From NCBI GenBank assembly GCA_040954595.2, contig CM082579.2:12029834-12093833 (forward strand): a DNA stretch of 64,000 nucleotides. The letters run 5' to 3'. Under the pieces are notes generated by a model. The model was not told the DNA's origin, searched no databases, and was given only the letters and a program-made list of their open reading frames with translations. Source of the stretch: Balanoglossus misakiensis (lineage: Eukaryota > Animalia > Hemichordata). Shown here piece by piece: positions 13,865 through 24,051 of the stretch. Positions within the stretch are counted from its first letter, which is position 1. Each line of letters opens with the position of its first letter. The translations under genes and the position numbers were made by a program.

Positions 13865-14203
13865 ACACAACACAACACAACACAACACGACACGACACGA
13901 CACGACACAACACGACACGACACGACACGACACGACACGACACGACACGACACAACACAACACAACACAACACAACACAACACAACACAACACAGCACAG
14001 CACAACAACCCGTCGCGACACGACACAACACGACACGACACGACACAACACAACACAACACAACACAGCACAGCACAACAACCCGTCGCGACACGACACG
14101 ACACAACACAACACAACACAACACAACACAACACAACACAACACAACACAGCACAGCACAGCACAACAACCCGTCGCGACGCGATGCGACACAACACAAC
14201 ACA
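13865..14203. repeat. Compound pentanucleotide microsatellite (CACAA/CACGA/CACAG)n with a higher-order unit
   Basis: Seen directly. ACCCGTCGCGAC interrupts the array at ~14008, ~14081 and ~14169. Confidence 0.95.
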
Positions 14204-15468
14204 TGGCAGAAAAAAGCCCCAGTGTGCTTAAGGAATAGAGCTTTCATACTCAAACAAATAAAACATATTTCGTTCACAAATGAAACAGCGACACAGGACA
14301 AGAAAAATAGAGCATGGAAACCGTCCGCTATTTGCCATGTCTTGAATCATTTTTGATGTGATGTGCCCTAAGGTCTGTCCAAAGGTGTCCTCTTCACCCG
14401 TCTTTCCACATGACTGTTCGCATAAGCCATTCATGCAGGAATTTCGTCGGTGTCAGAATCAACCCGTTAGATACGTTTCATATTCACTCAAGCGAGGACT
14501 ACATAATTGACAATAATGATCAATTTTCTCGCAGAAGAAACTTTCAAGCAAACACAATATAGCTTTCTCTCCTGCTGCAGATAACCACTGAGTAAAATAC
14601 ACAAAATGCAATTGCAATATATTCATTGTTCCCTTTCATTTATTCATACTATACTATAGAATATAAAATGGTTACATTATGTCGGGGTCTCTGACTAGCT
14701 GAATTCAACCACTGGTATGATGTGGTCCTTTGAATAATGACATCTTCAAATGTTTTGACGTCAGACTAAATAACTAACTTAAAATATCACAAAACCAGGA
14801 TGTATATATACATGTACCCGAGCATATCTGTCATTTCAGAGAAAAAGTAGCCCACTTTTGACATTATTGAAGTTATTTTAGTTTCTTATATGTTACATTT
14901 GTCGTTCTGTTCACTAAATGATGCCGAGTCACCGGTTGTCGGAAATCCATTCGCGTCCTCTATATGAATACTTCTAGGACACGATTTTTGGTACTGACCA
15001 GAAAATAAATGAAGGAAGTGTTCTGAGTTGTTACCGCCGTCGTTGAACATATTTCAGTGAGCGGAATAATATTAGTAAAAGAATTAATATAAATAACCAA
15101 AATATTGGCAAAACGTGAGCGACCCTTTGACATATAACACGTCTTACTTAGGACAGGACATCCCCACTACAACATTGTGAAAACCAAGTCAAAGGTCTTG
15201 TAAATGTTGTTTTGGATAGGGTTTGGGTGATGAAATTCACATTTAACAAATTTGTGTACACTTGTGTAAAAACATACATGTAAAATGTTATAATTACTCT
15301 GCAGACATTATAATCAATCTTATGTGAATTTGTGATGTGTAAAATTAATTTCATGCTTCTAAAATGGTAGGCGCAGGCAAATCTTTCTGAGTTTTTTTTT
15401 TTTACATTTCGTGCTCTATAAATTATCATAAAACTCACTTTCAGAATATAGGCCTATGGAGATGTCCA

Positions 15469-17428
15469 TCAATCATCTGTATTTTCACCGAAAACAGGCA
15501 GACCCATGTGAACCCCTTCACCAGGATTGGCTGAGCGAACATAGTCCACTCTTTTGCCGCCAAAAGTAGGTAGACCTATAAATACACCTTTGCCAGAATT
15601 CGCAGAGCGAATAGAGGTGTACCGTTTGCCATTAAATGAGGGTAGCCCCATGAAAACCCCCTTTCCAGAATTTGGAGACCGAATTGTGGTGCCACCTCCC
15701 CGCTTGCCGTGAAATGAGGGTAAGCCCATGAACACACCTTTGCCGGGACTCGGAGAGCGAATGTTAGTAGTGTGAACCGCCAGCTCGCTGTCCGGCGCCC
15801 GCTTGCCGTTGAATGATGGCAGACCCATGAAGACTCCCTTTCCAGGGCTTGGTGATCGAATGGCTTTTTCTGGCTGTCGCGATTCTCCAACCAACGCAGT
15901 CTCTCTATCCGGGAGATTTTGCTCACTTTCCTCTTCAAATCCATCTTCACTTACGTCCCGCTGACGACGGTCAAATATTGGCATGCCGAGGAAAATGCGT
16001 CTGGTTGGTGGTGACTTCAGGAATGTCTCGTTTGTACGACCGAGGTAATAACGCATCTCGGCATCTCTCTCCTTCTCATCTTGCTCAAAACTGTCTGATT
16101 CAGTGTCCGAGTTACCACAAGGAAAACTTTTCTGCTCCCCTTCATTCGGGCCATAAAACTGAATCCCCGTCAACTGTGGTTCAACAGCTTGACTGCGGTA
16201 GCCGACAGGGTTTCCATCGGGACGTTTGATAACGGGTAAGCCGAGAAACACGGGTCTGCTGGTTCGTAGGTACCTTACATTATCAACGGGAGTATTCTGT
16301 ATGGAAGTAATGAAATCCGAGAATCACTGGCTCTCCTTTAACAAGTTTCAGTGCATGGTGACATGTCGCCCTTAGCTTCAAGTTCAGTAAAATTCCTAAG
16401 TTGTCGCCATGCTTTCTATAAAAACGCATGTATGTTCACTAAAAAGTGTGCGCAATTTTCAAATTGACCCTGACATCTATTATACAAATGCAATAAAAAT
16501 CCCAAATTTTTGGTATGACATGTACAATGTAGAATGCTATGATTTCATTTTGCTCCAGTAACTCTATCGACAGTTTTGTATCATCTACGTTCTTGTTCTA
16601 CTCGGGATAGCTTTGTGACATGTTCATTGTAATTTTTTTTGACAAATGAAAATCGGGACTTTAAATTTAGTTTCAACAAGAACAAAAAACTGCTGTTTAC
16701 TTCAAAAGGGCTATATTGAAAAATCTAATACTGAGAAACTCTTCGTATTTTACAGCGTAGAACTAGAACCACTGCACACTCAGAAAAAATAGCCCGAAGT
16801 GGGAGTCTAACTGCAGCTTTAAAGGCACATAAGCTGCAACTTTTGGGATAATTATCATATTTTTTCCAAATTGTATTACCATTAAGCCATGCAGATGTAG
16901 GCACTGAACTACACACAAGCATTATAAACCCTAAATATGAGTGCATATGCAAGTTTTAACCGGATAAATTATAAAGCTTTGCGGCAAAGGGAAATGGCCG
17001 CCACCGTGGGAAAATGCAAATACAGTGAAATCGTTGCATTTCCCACTTTGAAAGTCCATTAACAAAGCATGATCTCATCCACTAGAACTCATTGAAGTAA
17101 ATATACTCCACTTTACACTTTCATGTTTCATTGCAATATTGCACTTCTTTAAAAATTGCAGTAATTTTCGAATTTCTTTAATTTTTGGCCATTTTGTCAT
17201 AAATAAGTGTTGATCTTGATATACTATCATGAAATATCATTCTACAGACATAATCAAAAGCATATACAGGATTATTTAAAACTTATTTTGTTTTTATCCA
17301 GTTGCAGCTAATGTGCCTTTAAAGCGAAATAGTAAAACTACACTTACCTTTTGCCTGTTATTCTGTGCAATACAGGGACTCCAAGAAAGGGACGTTAACA
17401 CAGATAACAGCAGCAGATTTAGCTTCAT
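15469..17428 (-). CDS. Secreted neuropeptide precursor (302 aa) with repeated IRS(P/A)xxGKGVF(M/I)GLP(S/T)Fx-amide peptides
   Basis: Exon 1 is 17428-17348 (MKLNLLLLSVLTSLSWSPCIAQNNRQK, hydrophobic signal peptide, donor AAG|GTAAGT). Exon 2 is 16296-15469 (acceptor TTCCATACAG, phase 0). It has acidic spacers, KR/RR sites and four GKR amidation/cleavage signals (SFN-GKR, SFH-GKR, SFN-GKR, TFG-GKR). Confidence 0.9.
16819..17322. mobile_element. TTAA-flanked MITE family B in the neuropeptide intron
   Basis: TTAAAGGCACATAAGCTGCAAC...GTTGCAGCTAATGTGCCTTTAA; homologous to 3950-4809. Confidence 0.85.
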
Positions 17429-17504
17429 TCTAGCAGACAATCCTCAGTGGTTGGGAACGAAGCGAGTTTTCACTAGTAACCAGCCAGCCAGCCAACCAAC
17501 AAGA

Positions 17505-17512
17505 CTATATAG
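17505..17512 (-). promoter_or_regulatory. Candidate TATA box of the neuropeptide gene
   Basis: CTATATAG lies about 80 nt upstream of the ATG at 17428, a spacing compatible with a ~50-nt 5' UTR. Confidence 0.45.
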
Positions 17513-19041
17513 CTTCCAAACACCGATTGCGAATCCAACAAAGTTACAATGCTTTGCATAGACTCTGTGTTAAGCACCGCAGTGTCTGAAAAGGGAACTA
17601 ATATACGACTCGGAGCCGAGGAAAGTTTGGCACGATTTGGACACAATCTGAGGAATCACTGAGAGTTCAGTGAATTCCAACAAGTAGGGATGTGGCGATG
17701 ATTGTACACAGTTAGCGTCTACATTGATTCACTGCGGGTAATTACACACAACGCCCCGTTTTTATTCTCAGTCAAAGATCAAACAATCACGCGCGCAAAC
17801 AATTTGAATGCATCGCTCATTAACTGCCCACGTTATTAATGTTGGGAAATTGCCAGGCGTTCTTCATAATGGTTTAATTTCATCCGGCAACTTGTAGGGC
17901 GTGAAATTAATACGGTTATACATGCTGTCGTGAGAAACCTTACATCTCATGAGAAATTGCATCAGATGCGCAAGGCAATCGGAGTTCCCCTGATACTAGC
18001 TGCAGATAAGCCTACATATGTGCAACAATTAAAATTAAACCCATTCAACATTAAATTCATAATTGGAATACAGCAACTGCAATTTTTATTTTCCTAGAAA
18101 TTATTTTTTGGCGTGGGTGTTTTATTGTACGAAAAAGAAAATTTTAATCGAAAATAATTCTTATTTTGTGTCTTTCCAAGCAGTTAGCTGTATGGTTACT
18201 GTATTGGCAAACTGTAGGAAAACTTATTAAGGAGGTACGTAGGATCTGTTCACCTATCACAAATATACAATCGTGACAAAATTCACCAAGTGAAATTTTA
18301 AATGGCAATATTTTCAATTTATAGTGGACCCACCTAAAAGCAACCACGTCTGCCCCCCTGTACTTCGCCCGTGAGTAAAAAGTGTACTATTTTTAGTGAT
18401 GCCGCCATCTTTCGAGTTCGATTCTACTGTTCTCATAAACCTAAACATTGATGCAAATGACAAACGCTTGAGAGAAGTCAGATATCGTGGTCGACGACTA
18501 CACTATGGAAATTCATCAAATGTGCCACTTGTAATAGTATTTGACAATATTGTTCTTATGTTACCTCCTGTTTGTTGCACCTACAATTGAAACTGAAAGG
18601 TGAAATTATTAAAAGTTAGATGTTTTATTGCCGACGATCGTTTTTATTCACATGTGTTATTTCGTGTGTACAAATATTACGTCAAACCCAAATGTTCTGC
18701 AAAATTTGCGTTCAACGCATTCAAATAGTGGACTGCCTTCGCTTCCTAAACACAGAACTTTGAATAGGACGTTTACAGGCATTTCAAATTGCGATTGTGG
18801 GCGGGTCTGTCACCTAACTACATTTTCAAGAAATGCGATGAATTTGTCGCTGTGCAGAGATATTTGTGATCATATGTTGTGAGCATATGTGAAATCGGAT
18901 AAGCAAAATGATATATTTTTGGGCAATTTCAAAATAATTTTTTTTCATTTGACCTTTGTTTTGTCCCTTCTTTTCACCCAATTTGATGTCTTTTCCCGAT
19001 CTGCGATATAAACTATATGGTTACCGCCATCTTGTCTGCTG

Positions 19042-19930
19042 TTAGGGACCGTTCAGTTTTTACGGCAGGGGGGGGGGCGGCAAGTTTGTGTCATCGGTTT
19101 TCAAAATCAGGCCGACCCCCCCTTCACCCAGCCCAAAAAAATGATGACCCCCCCTTTGACAGACCCAAAAATATGATGACCCCCCCCCCCCACGCCGAAA
19201 ACATTCGCCGTCCTGATCCTATGTACACTGTACATGTATGCAATAAAGGGAATGGGGCTCCTCACCCCTCAGTTATAAATTTCTTAAAGTAATTGAATTA
19301 TTTAATAATATCGTTGCAATAAAGAAATCTATGAACAAAATAAAATGACAAGTCAATACAATAGTTGCTAGAATTGGTAAAACAAGAAAAGTGTAAAATA
19401 TGTAGCTCAAAGTTGCATTTTTATGAACTCAAAAGCAAATTCATCTCAATGTTTGGGAGGACCAATTTTATTTTTTGCCATTCCACTCAAAGTTAGAAGA
19501 TTTGGCGTCATCTTCGTCATGACATCATTTATAAAACTTCCAGCATATAGAAGATGCAGCACGAAACTATCAGTTATGCAAAATGGTTTAAACGTTTATT
19601 CTCCTTTATGTATTAACTTTGTTAAATATTATCATCAGTGGGTTTGGGGTGGCAAGCACTCTGCCCTGGTAGAATAGTCAAACCAGCAAAAATCGATATG
19701 TTGCAAAGAATGTAGGGGGTGGGTGTGTGTCCCACATTAGAAAATTTTGTAAAATAAAGGGCGCGAAACTGCAATTTTGTGGACCCAAAAGCAAAAGTTT
19801 GATGGCAAAAGTATGTGACCCCCCTTAAACGTTTAAAAAAAACAGATGACCCCCCCCCTTTTGGACTTCAAAATTCAAGTGACCCCCCCCCCTGGATTTT
19901 GCCGGGCCCCCCCCCCCGGCCGTAAAAACA
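19042..19930 (+). mobile_element. G/C-tract-rich non-autonomous DNA transposon (PIF/Harbinger-like)
   Basis: TTA|GGGACCGTTCAGTTTTTACGGC-G-tract at the left end; inverted C-tract-GGCCGTAAAAAC at the right end. Homologues at 61058-62180 (+) and, reversed, ~13290-13576, ~26650-27490 and ~44350-45015. GGG termini with TTA/TAA flanks suggest Harbinger (inference). Confidence 0.75.
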
Positions 19931-22061
19931 TGCACTTTTTGTAACCAGAGTCTCTGGTTTAGCACATGCGCATAAGACGATCGTCGCCCTTTAACTATAA
20001 ACGGTGTGCAGTGGTTTGATTTCTGGATAGAAATTGAAAAAATTAGCCCTCGAAAAAGGGTAGACAACAAGTAAACGTTAGAATAGCAAGGTTTGAGAAT
20101 ATACGGTTGGAATCTACTCTTATTGAAGCAAATCACAACTTAAAGGTGTGATTGTACATTATTCCGTTTCGTCCAAATTTTCACACTAAAATCCAAATGT
20201 GAAATGTAGACCTCTGACATCTATCGATCTGCTTCATTAGTTCGGAATGGCCTACAAAATTAAGGTATGCACTAGCTTCCATTGGCACGGCCAATGTAAT
20301 ATTTAAGAGGTGCCTTCATCACATTACTATTTTAAAGCGATATGGAATGAACGCGTCCCAAAACATGTAACTTGCACATTGATGTATCTCTCAGTAGAAA
20401 TTGGGCTGGCAAAATTTAAGACAAACTCAGAATGGTTGTGTCAATTAAAACATGGTCCTCACTACACGGTTCTGTCACGCTCATCCAAAACTAATTTCAC
20501 GTTTTCGGAGAATCGTGGAAAATTTTAGCATGTGAGCTTGAGAAATATGCCGGAAAGTTCACATCTTGGAAATTTAATTGCCCACATGCGCGGCTGAGAT
20601 TAATTTTCATTTGATATGTCTGTCGTATTTGACATGTCTGCTTGTGTTCGTAGCATGGGTTCTATCAATAGTTTTGCGAAATGCTGTGTTCTGTTTTGCA
20701 TATCGGCATATCAAATTTAAAGTATCTCTGTAATTACAATATCCTGACATGAAATGTCGTAAAAGGGGCTGTTTCAGTGCAGCAACTTATAGTTGGGCTG
20801 TGCATCGGTTCCGCTGGTCCAGCCTAGACAGGTCATATATGTCCATGCCTGGTCCTTCTTGAAATAAAGTCATCGGCGTTGAAATCGTGTTCCCGTCTCT
20901 TCACATCTCAACCGACACCACGAGTAGACTATCGAATGCATCCAACCACATTTGGGAGACATGACAGTTCTATCTTACAACGCGATCCTAGCCTCCAGTC
21001 CTTGTCTGTAAAGAGTATACACATACTTTCTTCTGTTAATTTAGGTGGAGACGATCGGTCAAAATTATACACCCTTGTGGTTTCAGTTGCTCTTAAAATA
21101 TTTCTAGCAATACCTGTGTGATACATGACCCTTTTCTAATTCAACACCCGAAATATGTTTGGTTTTACCTGCATACTTTCGTTCTCCGGGTGTGCTTGAA
21201 AGACCAGCGTTTAAATAAACTGATGCAGTGATGGAACACATTCAGTCAAATTCACTTTTTTGAGTACCTTACTGACATATACATGTATAGGGCCTATCCG
21301 ACTATGTCACGTGTGAAAATGTCAGCTTCAAAAATAAAAATCATGCAGCTATTAAGAAGTGCGGTAATTTTCACAACAATGAAAAACTAGTATACAGATT
21401 TTCACCAGAATGTATTTGCCACCATGTTTGTAAGTACCAACTTGTCTGAAAGAGACACTTGACTTAAATCGACATTTAAAGTTCATAGCACCCTTAACCA
21501 TTCCCTATTTGAATCTTGGTGATATTGCCAGTTCACTTAAAGATTTTCAGCAGTGAAGTCGTAAATATACACCGTAATGCTTAGTATATTATTTTTAACG
21601 AACTTGATAAAGTTAATTTATCTCCAAAGGCACATTGTTTCAGCCTGCCCCTTCATGGTCAGTGTAAAAACAAATTCTAATCGACCTAACGTGGCGGAAC
21701 GAAATTATGACAGACCCTTGTGTATTGACTAATATCTATAAACGATTAATGGAATGGAAACACACCTGTGAACACAAATATTTGTATCGACGCCCTGTGG
21801 AATTACCTGTCATGACCCGTCAGTCTAGCTATTGAATGTATGGGACTACCTGGATGTAGTGCACGGAATTTTGCGGTAAAACATTTGCAATATTGTCATT
21901 GTCTCGAATTTTTCTCAAACGGTACCAAAAGAGGAACTTAAGTAAATGATTTAAAGAAAACGTCACTTTGTCACCGTGCTTGGTTCTTTGATAGAGCTGT
22001 TCAGATGTTTGTAGAGCAGCTGAATATAAAGTGAGGTTAGCTGGAGAAACGATAAGCGGTG

Positions 22062-22198
22062 TAATCTCTACAAACGTTGTTTATTGAGTCACTGGACTCA
22101 CCTATCAGGAGAAAAAACTGTTTAGTCTCCCTGATGAGTGAGTCCAGTCTCCTGGTGAGTGAGTCCAGTGACTCACGAAACAACGTTGTGGAGATTAT
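22062..22198. repeat. Short foldback element (~140 bp)
   Basis: TAATCTCTACAAACGTTGTTTATTGAGTCACTGGACTCAC pairs with GTGAGTCCAGTGACTCACGAAACAACGTTGTGGAGATTA. Confidence 0.7.
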
Positions 22199-24051
22199 AT
22201 GTCTTATCGTTTCTCCAGCTACCCATACACACACATAAATCAGAAAATTTTAAATGACAATATTTCGATTGACAGAAGACCCCCACCTTAAAACAAACCC
22301 GCCTTTCCCCCTGTACTTCGTCCCTGTCTAAAAAGTTATTATCTTTGGTGATGCCATGCCGCCCTCATTCATTTCGACTGTTCGCATCAAACTAAAATAT
22401 ATTGATGCAAATGACAAACGCTTGAGAGAGGTAAAATATCGTGGTCGACGGATGAATGTAAAACTACTTAAAATATAGAAGCGTGCATAGGTAATAATTT
22501 GTCAATAAGGATTGTAAGTCATGCAAGACGTGACAATTAGTCTTGATTGCCAGCTGGCGATACAGAATTCATACTAGACACTCTTGAAGTGTGACGCACC
22601 AACTTTTTACAGTTTCAAAAGAGAAAAACATTTGTCATCGATATTCGAGTAATTTATGGTGTGGAAAAGTATAGGGTTTGTGAAAACATTCGTTTTTCCT
22701 GTGGTGTTTGGTGATTAAGACACTTGATGAGGAGGTGACACTGAAAATGAAAATGACATCTGCACAAAGTTAAGCAGCAGCTAGACAAGCGAAGTGAATG
22801 TGTTGGTGATAATGAAAGACGAAATCAAACTGGTTTGCATGAAACACTTCGACGTTGTTCGTGGAGGTACACCCCTGTTATCAGCTAGGGCAAGATATCT
22901 GCCGAGCGATAGCCAGGGTATTTGGTTGCGGATATAAGACCTTTCATGTGGAAATTGGGATATTTTGGGTGAAATAATCACCTCGCGTCTGTGGTCTGGA
23001 TCGGATTCAATTTTAACGGGCCAAAATCCTTTCCCTGCCTACCTGTAAGCCTACCCTCTAACCGACCCTAGAAATGAACCGTTCGCTTAAACCGTTGTGT
23101 TTTTTACCAATGGTGATCGCCATGGGTAAACACACGCGCATTTGCAATAATTGTGGTTTCTATAGTAACCAAACTCGTTTGCATCTTTAGCTATTGAAGA
23201 CGACCGAAAGCCATCTTTGACTTCCTTTGTCTGAACACTGTGCGCGGCGACCCCCATTTTCCCCCTTGAAGTGATTTGATATATTTCAAACAAATTATCT
23301 CTCAAGTTTTAAACAACGTTAAGTCTGGAAGTCAGTGGTAAAGACATTATATCAAAGTGGATTTTTAGGCAATTTCAGTAAAAGTTTAACAGTGGAAATG
23401 AAATGCGATTATTATACTAAACAAGAGAAAATCTCGAAATTGCTAAAAAAAAAATAATCATTAAGTTAAGATTCTATAATGGTGAAAAAATATGACCACC
23501 CTAGCTCCCAAAATACTTATTTATGAAGCCGTTTACAAAGATGTACGGAAACTGGCAAAATCTTAGAGAGATGGTCGCTAGAGGGCGTTTCCCCAAAATC
23601 TTGCCGGTTGACCCCAATTTTTATTCCACAGATTAAATGTTTGAGTCAGAGTATCAGCAGTATTATTTTCAACATAATCACAGGACTTCTGATTCCGAGG
23701 TGCATTCCACCTTTAAAGTATACACTCACAGGCCGGCGCGGCGCGGCGGGGCCTCATCGTTCTCTCGCACGGGCGGTGTCCTCAAATCAACAGCAAAGCT
23801 CCACTGACAGTTGCATAGGCGATTGTGTCTCGTGGTTTTTAATTTGAAGACCTGCGCTTCACTTATGCAAATTTAGATCAGACGTTGTATAAAAATTGTT
23901 TATACCACGTTGAGATCTCGCAATGAAAGATTTTCAGTGGGTGGGGCCACTCGAAAGATGTTGGCATGCCGAAGGCATTCTCGGCTTAGAAATTTGCATG
24001 TGACCTGTCGGTTGTGGTCACCTGATCCAGGGAGGAACTACAGACTGCAAG

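Noticed and set aside
13990-14185. Repeat-spacer look (ACCCGTCGCGAC at intervals), superficially CRISPR-like
   Set aside because: The spacers are themselves microsatellite, the DNA is eukaryotic and no cas genes are present.
13807-14301. Overlapping Cys/Val-rich and His/Thr-rich ORFs on both strands
   Set aside because: They are translations of the pentanucleotide microsatellite; there is no other evidence of coding.
15576-16229. Alternative-frame and antisense ORFs over the neuropeptide exon
   Set aside because: Shadow ORFs of a GC-richer coding exon; the repeat structure makes sense only in the precursor frame.
15469-16251. Calling the precursor tachykinin, kisspeptin or SALMFamide
   Set aside because: FxGL is not C-terminal as it is in tachykinins, and the end is LP-x-F-x-amide rather than LxF-amide; the similarity is insufficient for a family assignment.
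20780-21220. Possible small spliced minus-strand gene or neuropeptide paralogue (TATTTAAA, CAG|GTAAAA, TTTACAG|)
   Set aside because: Only very short ORFs, with no signal peptide or peptide repeats; the splice-like motifs could be chance.
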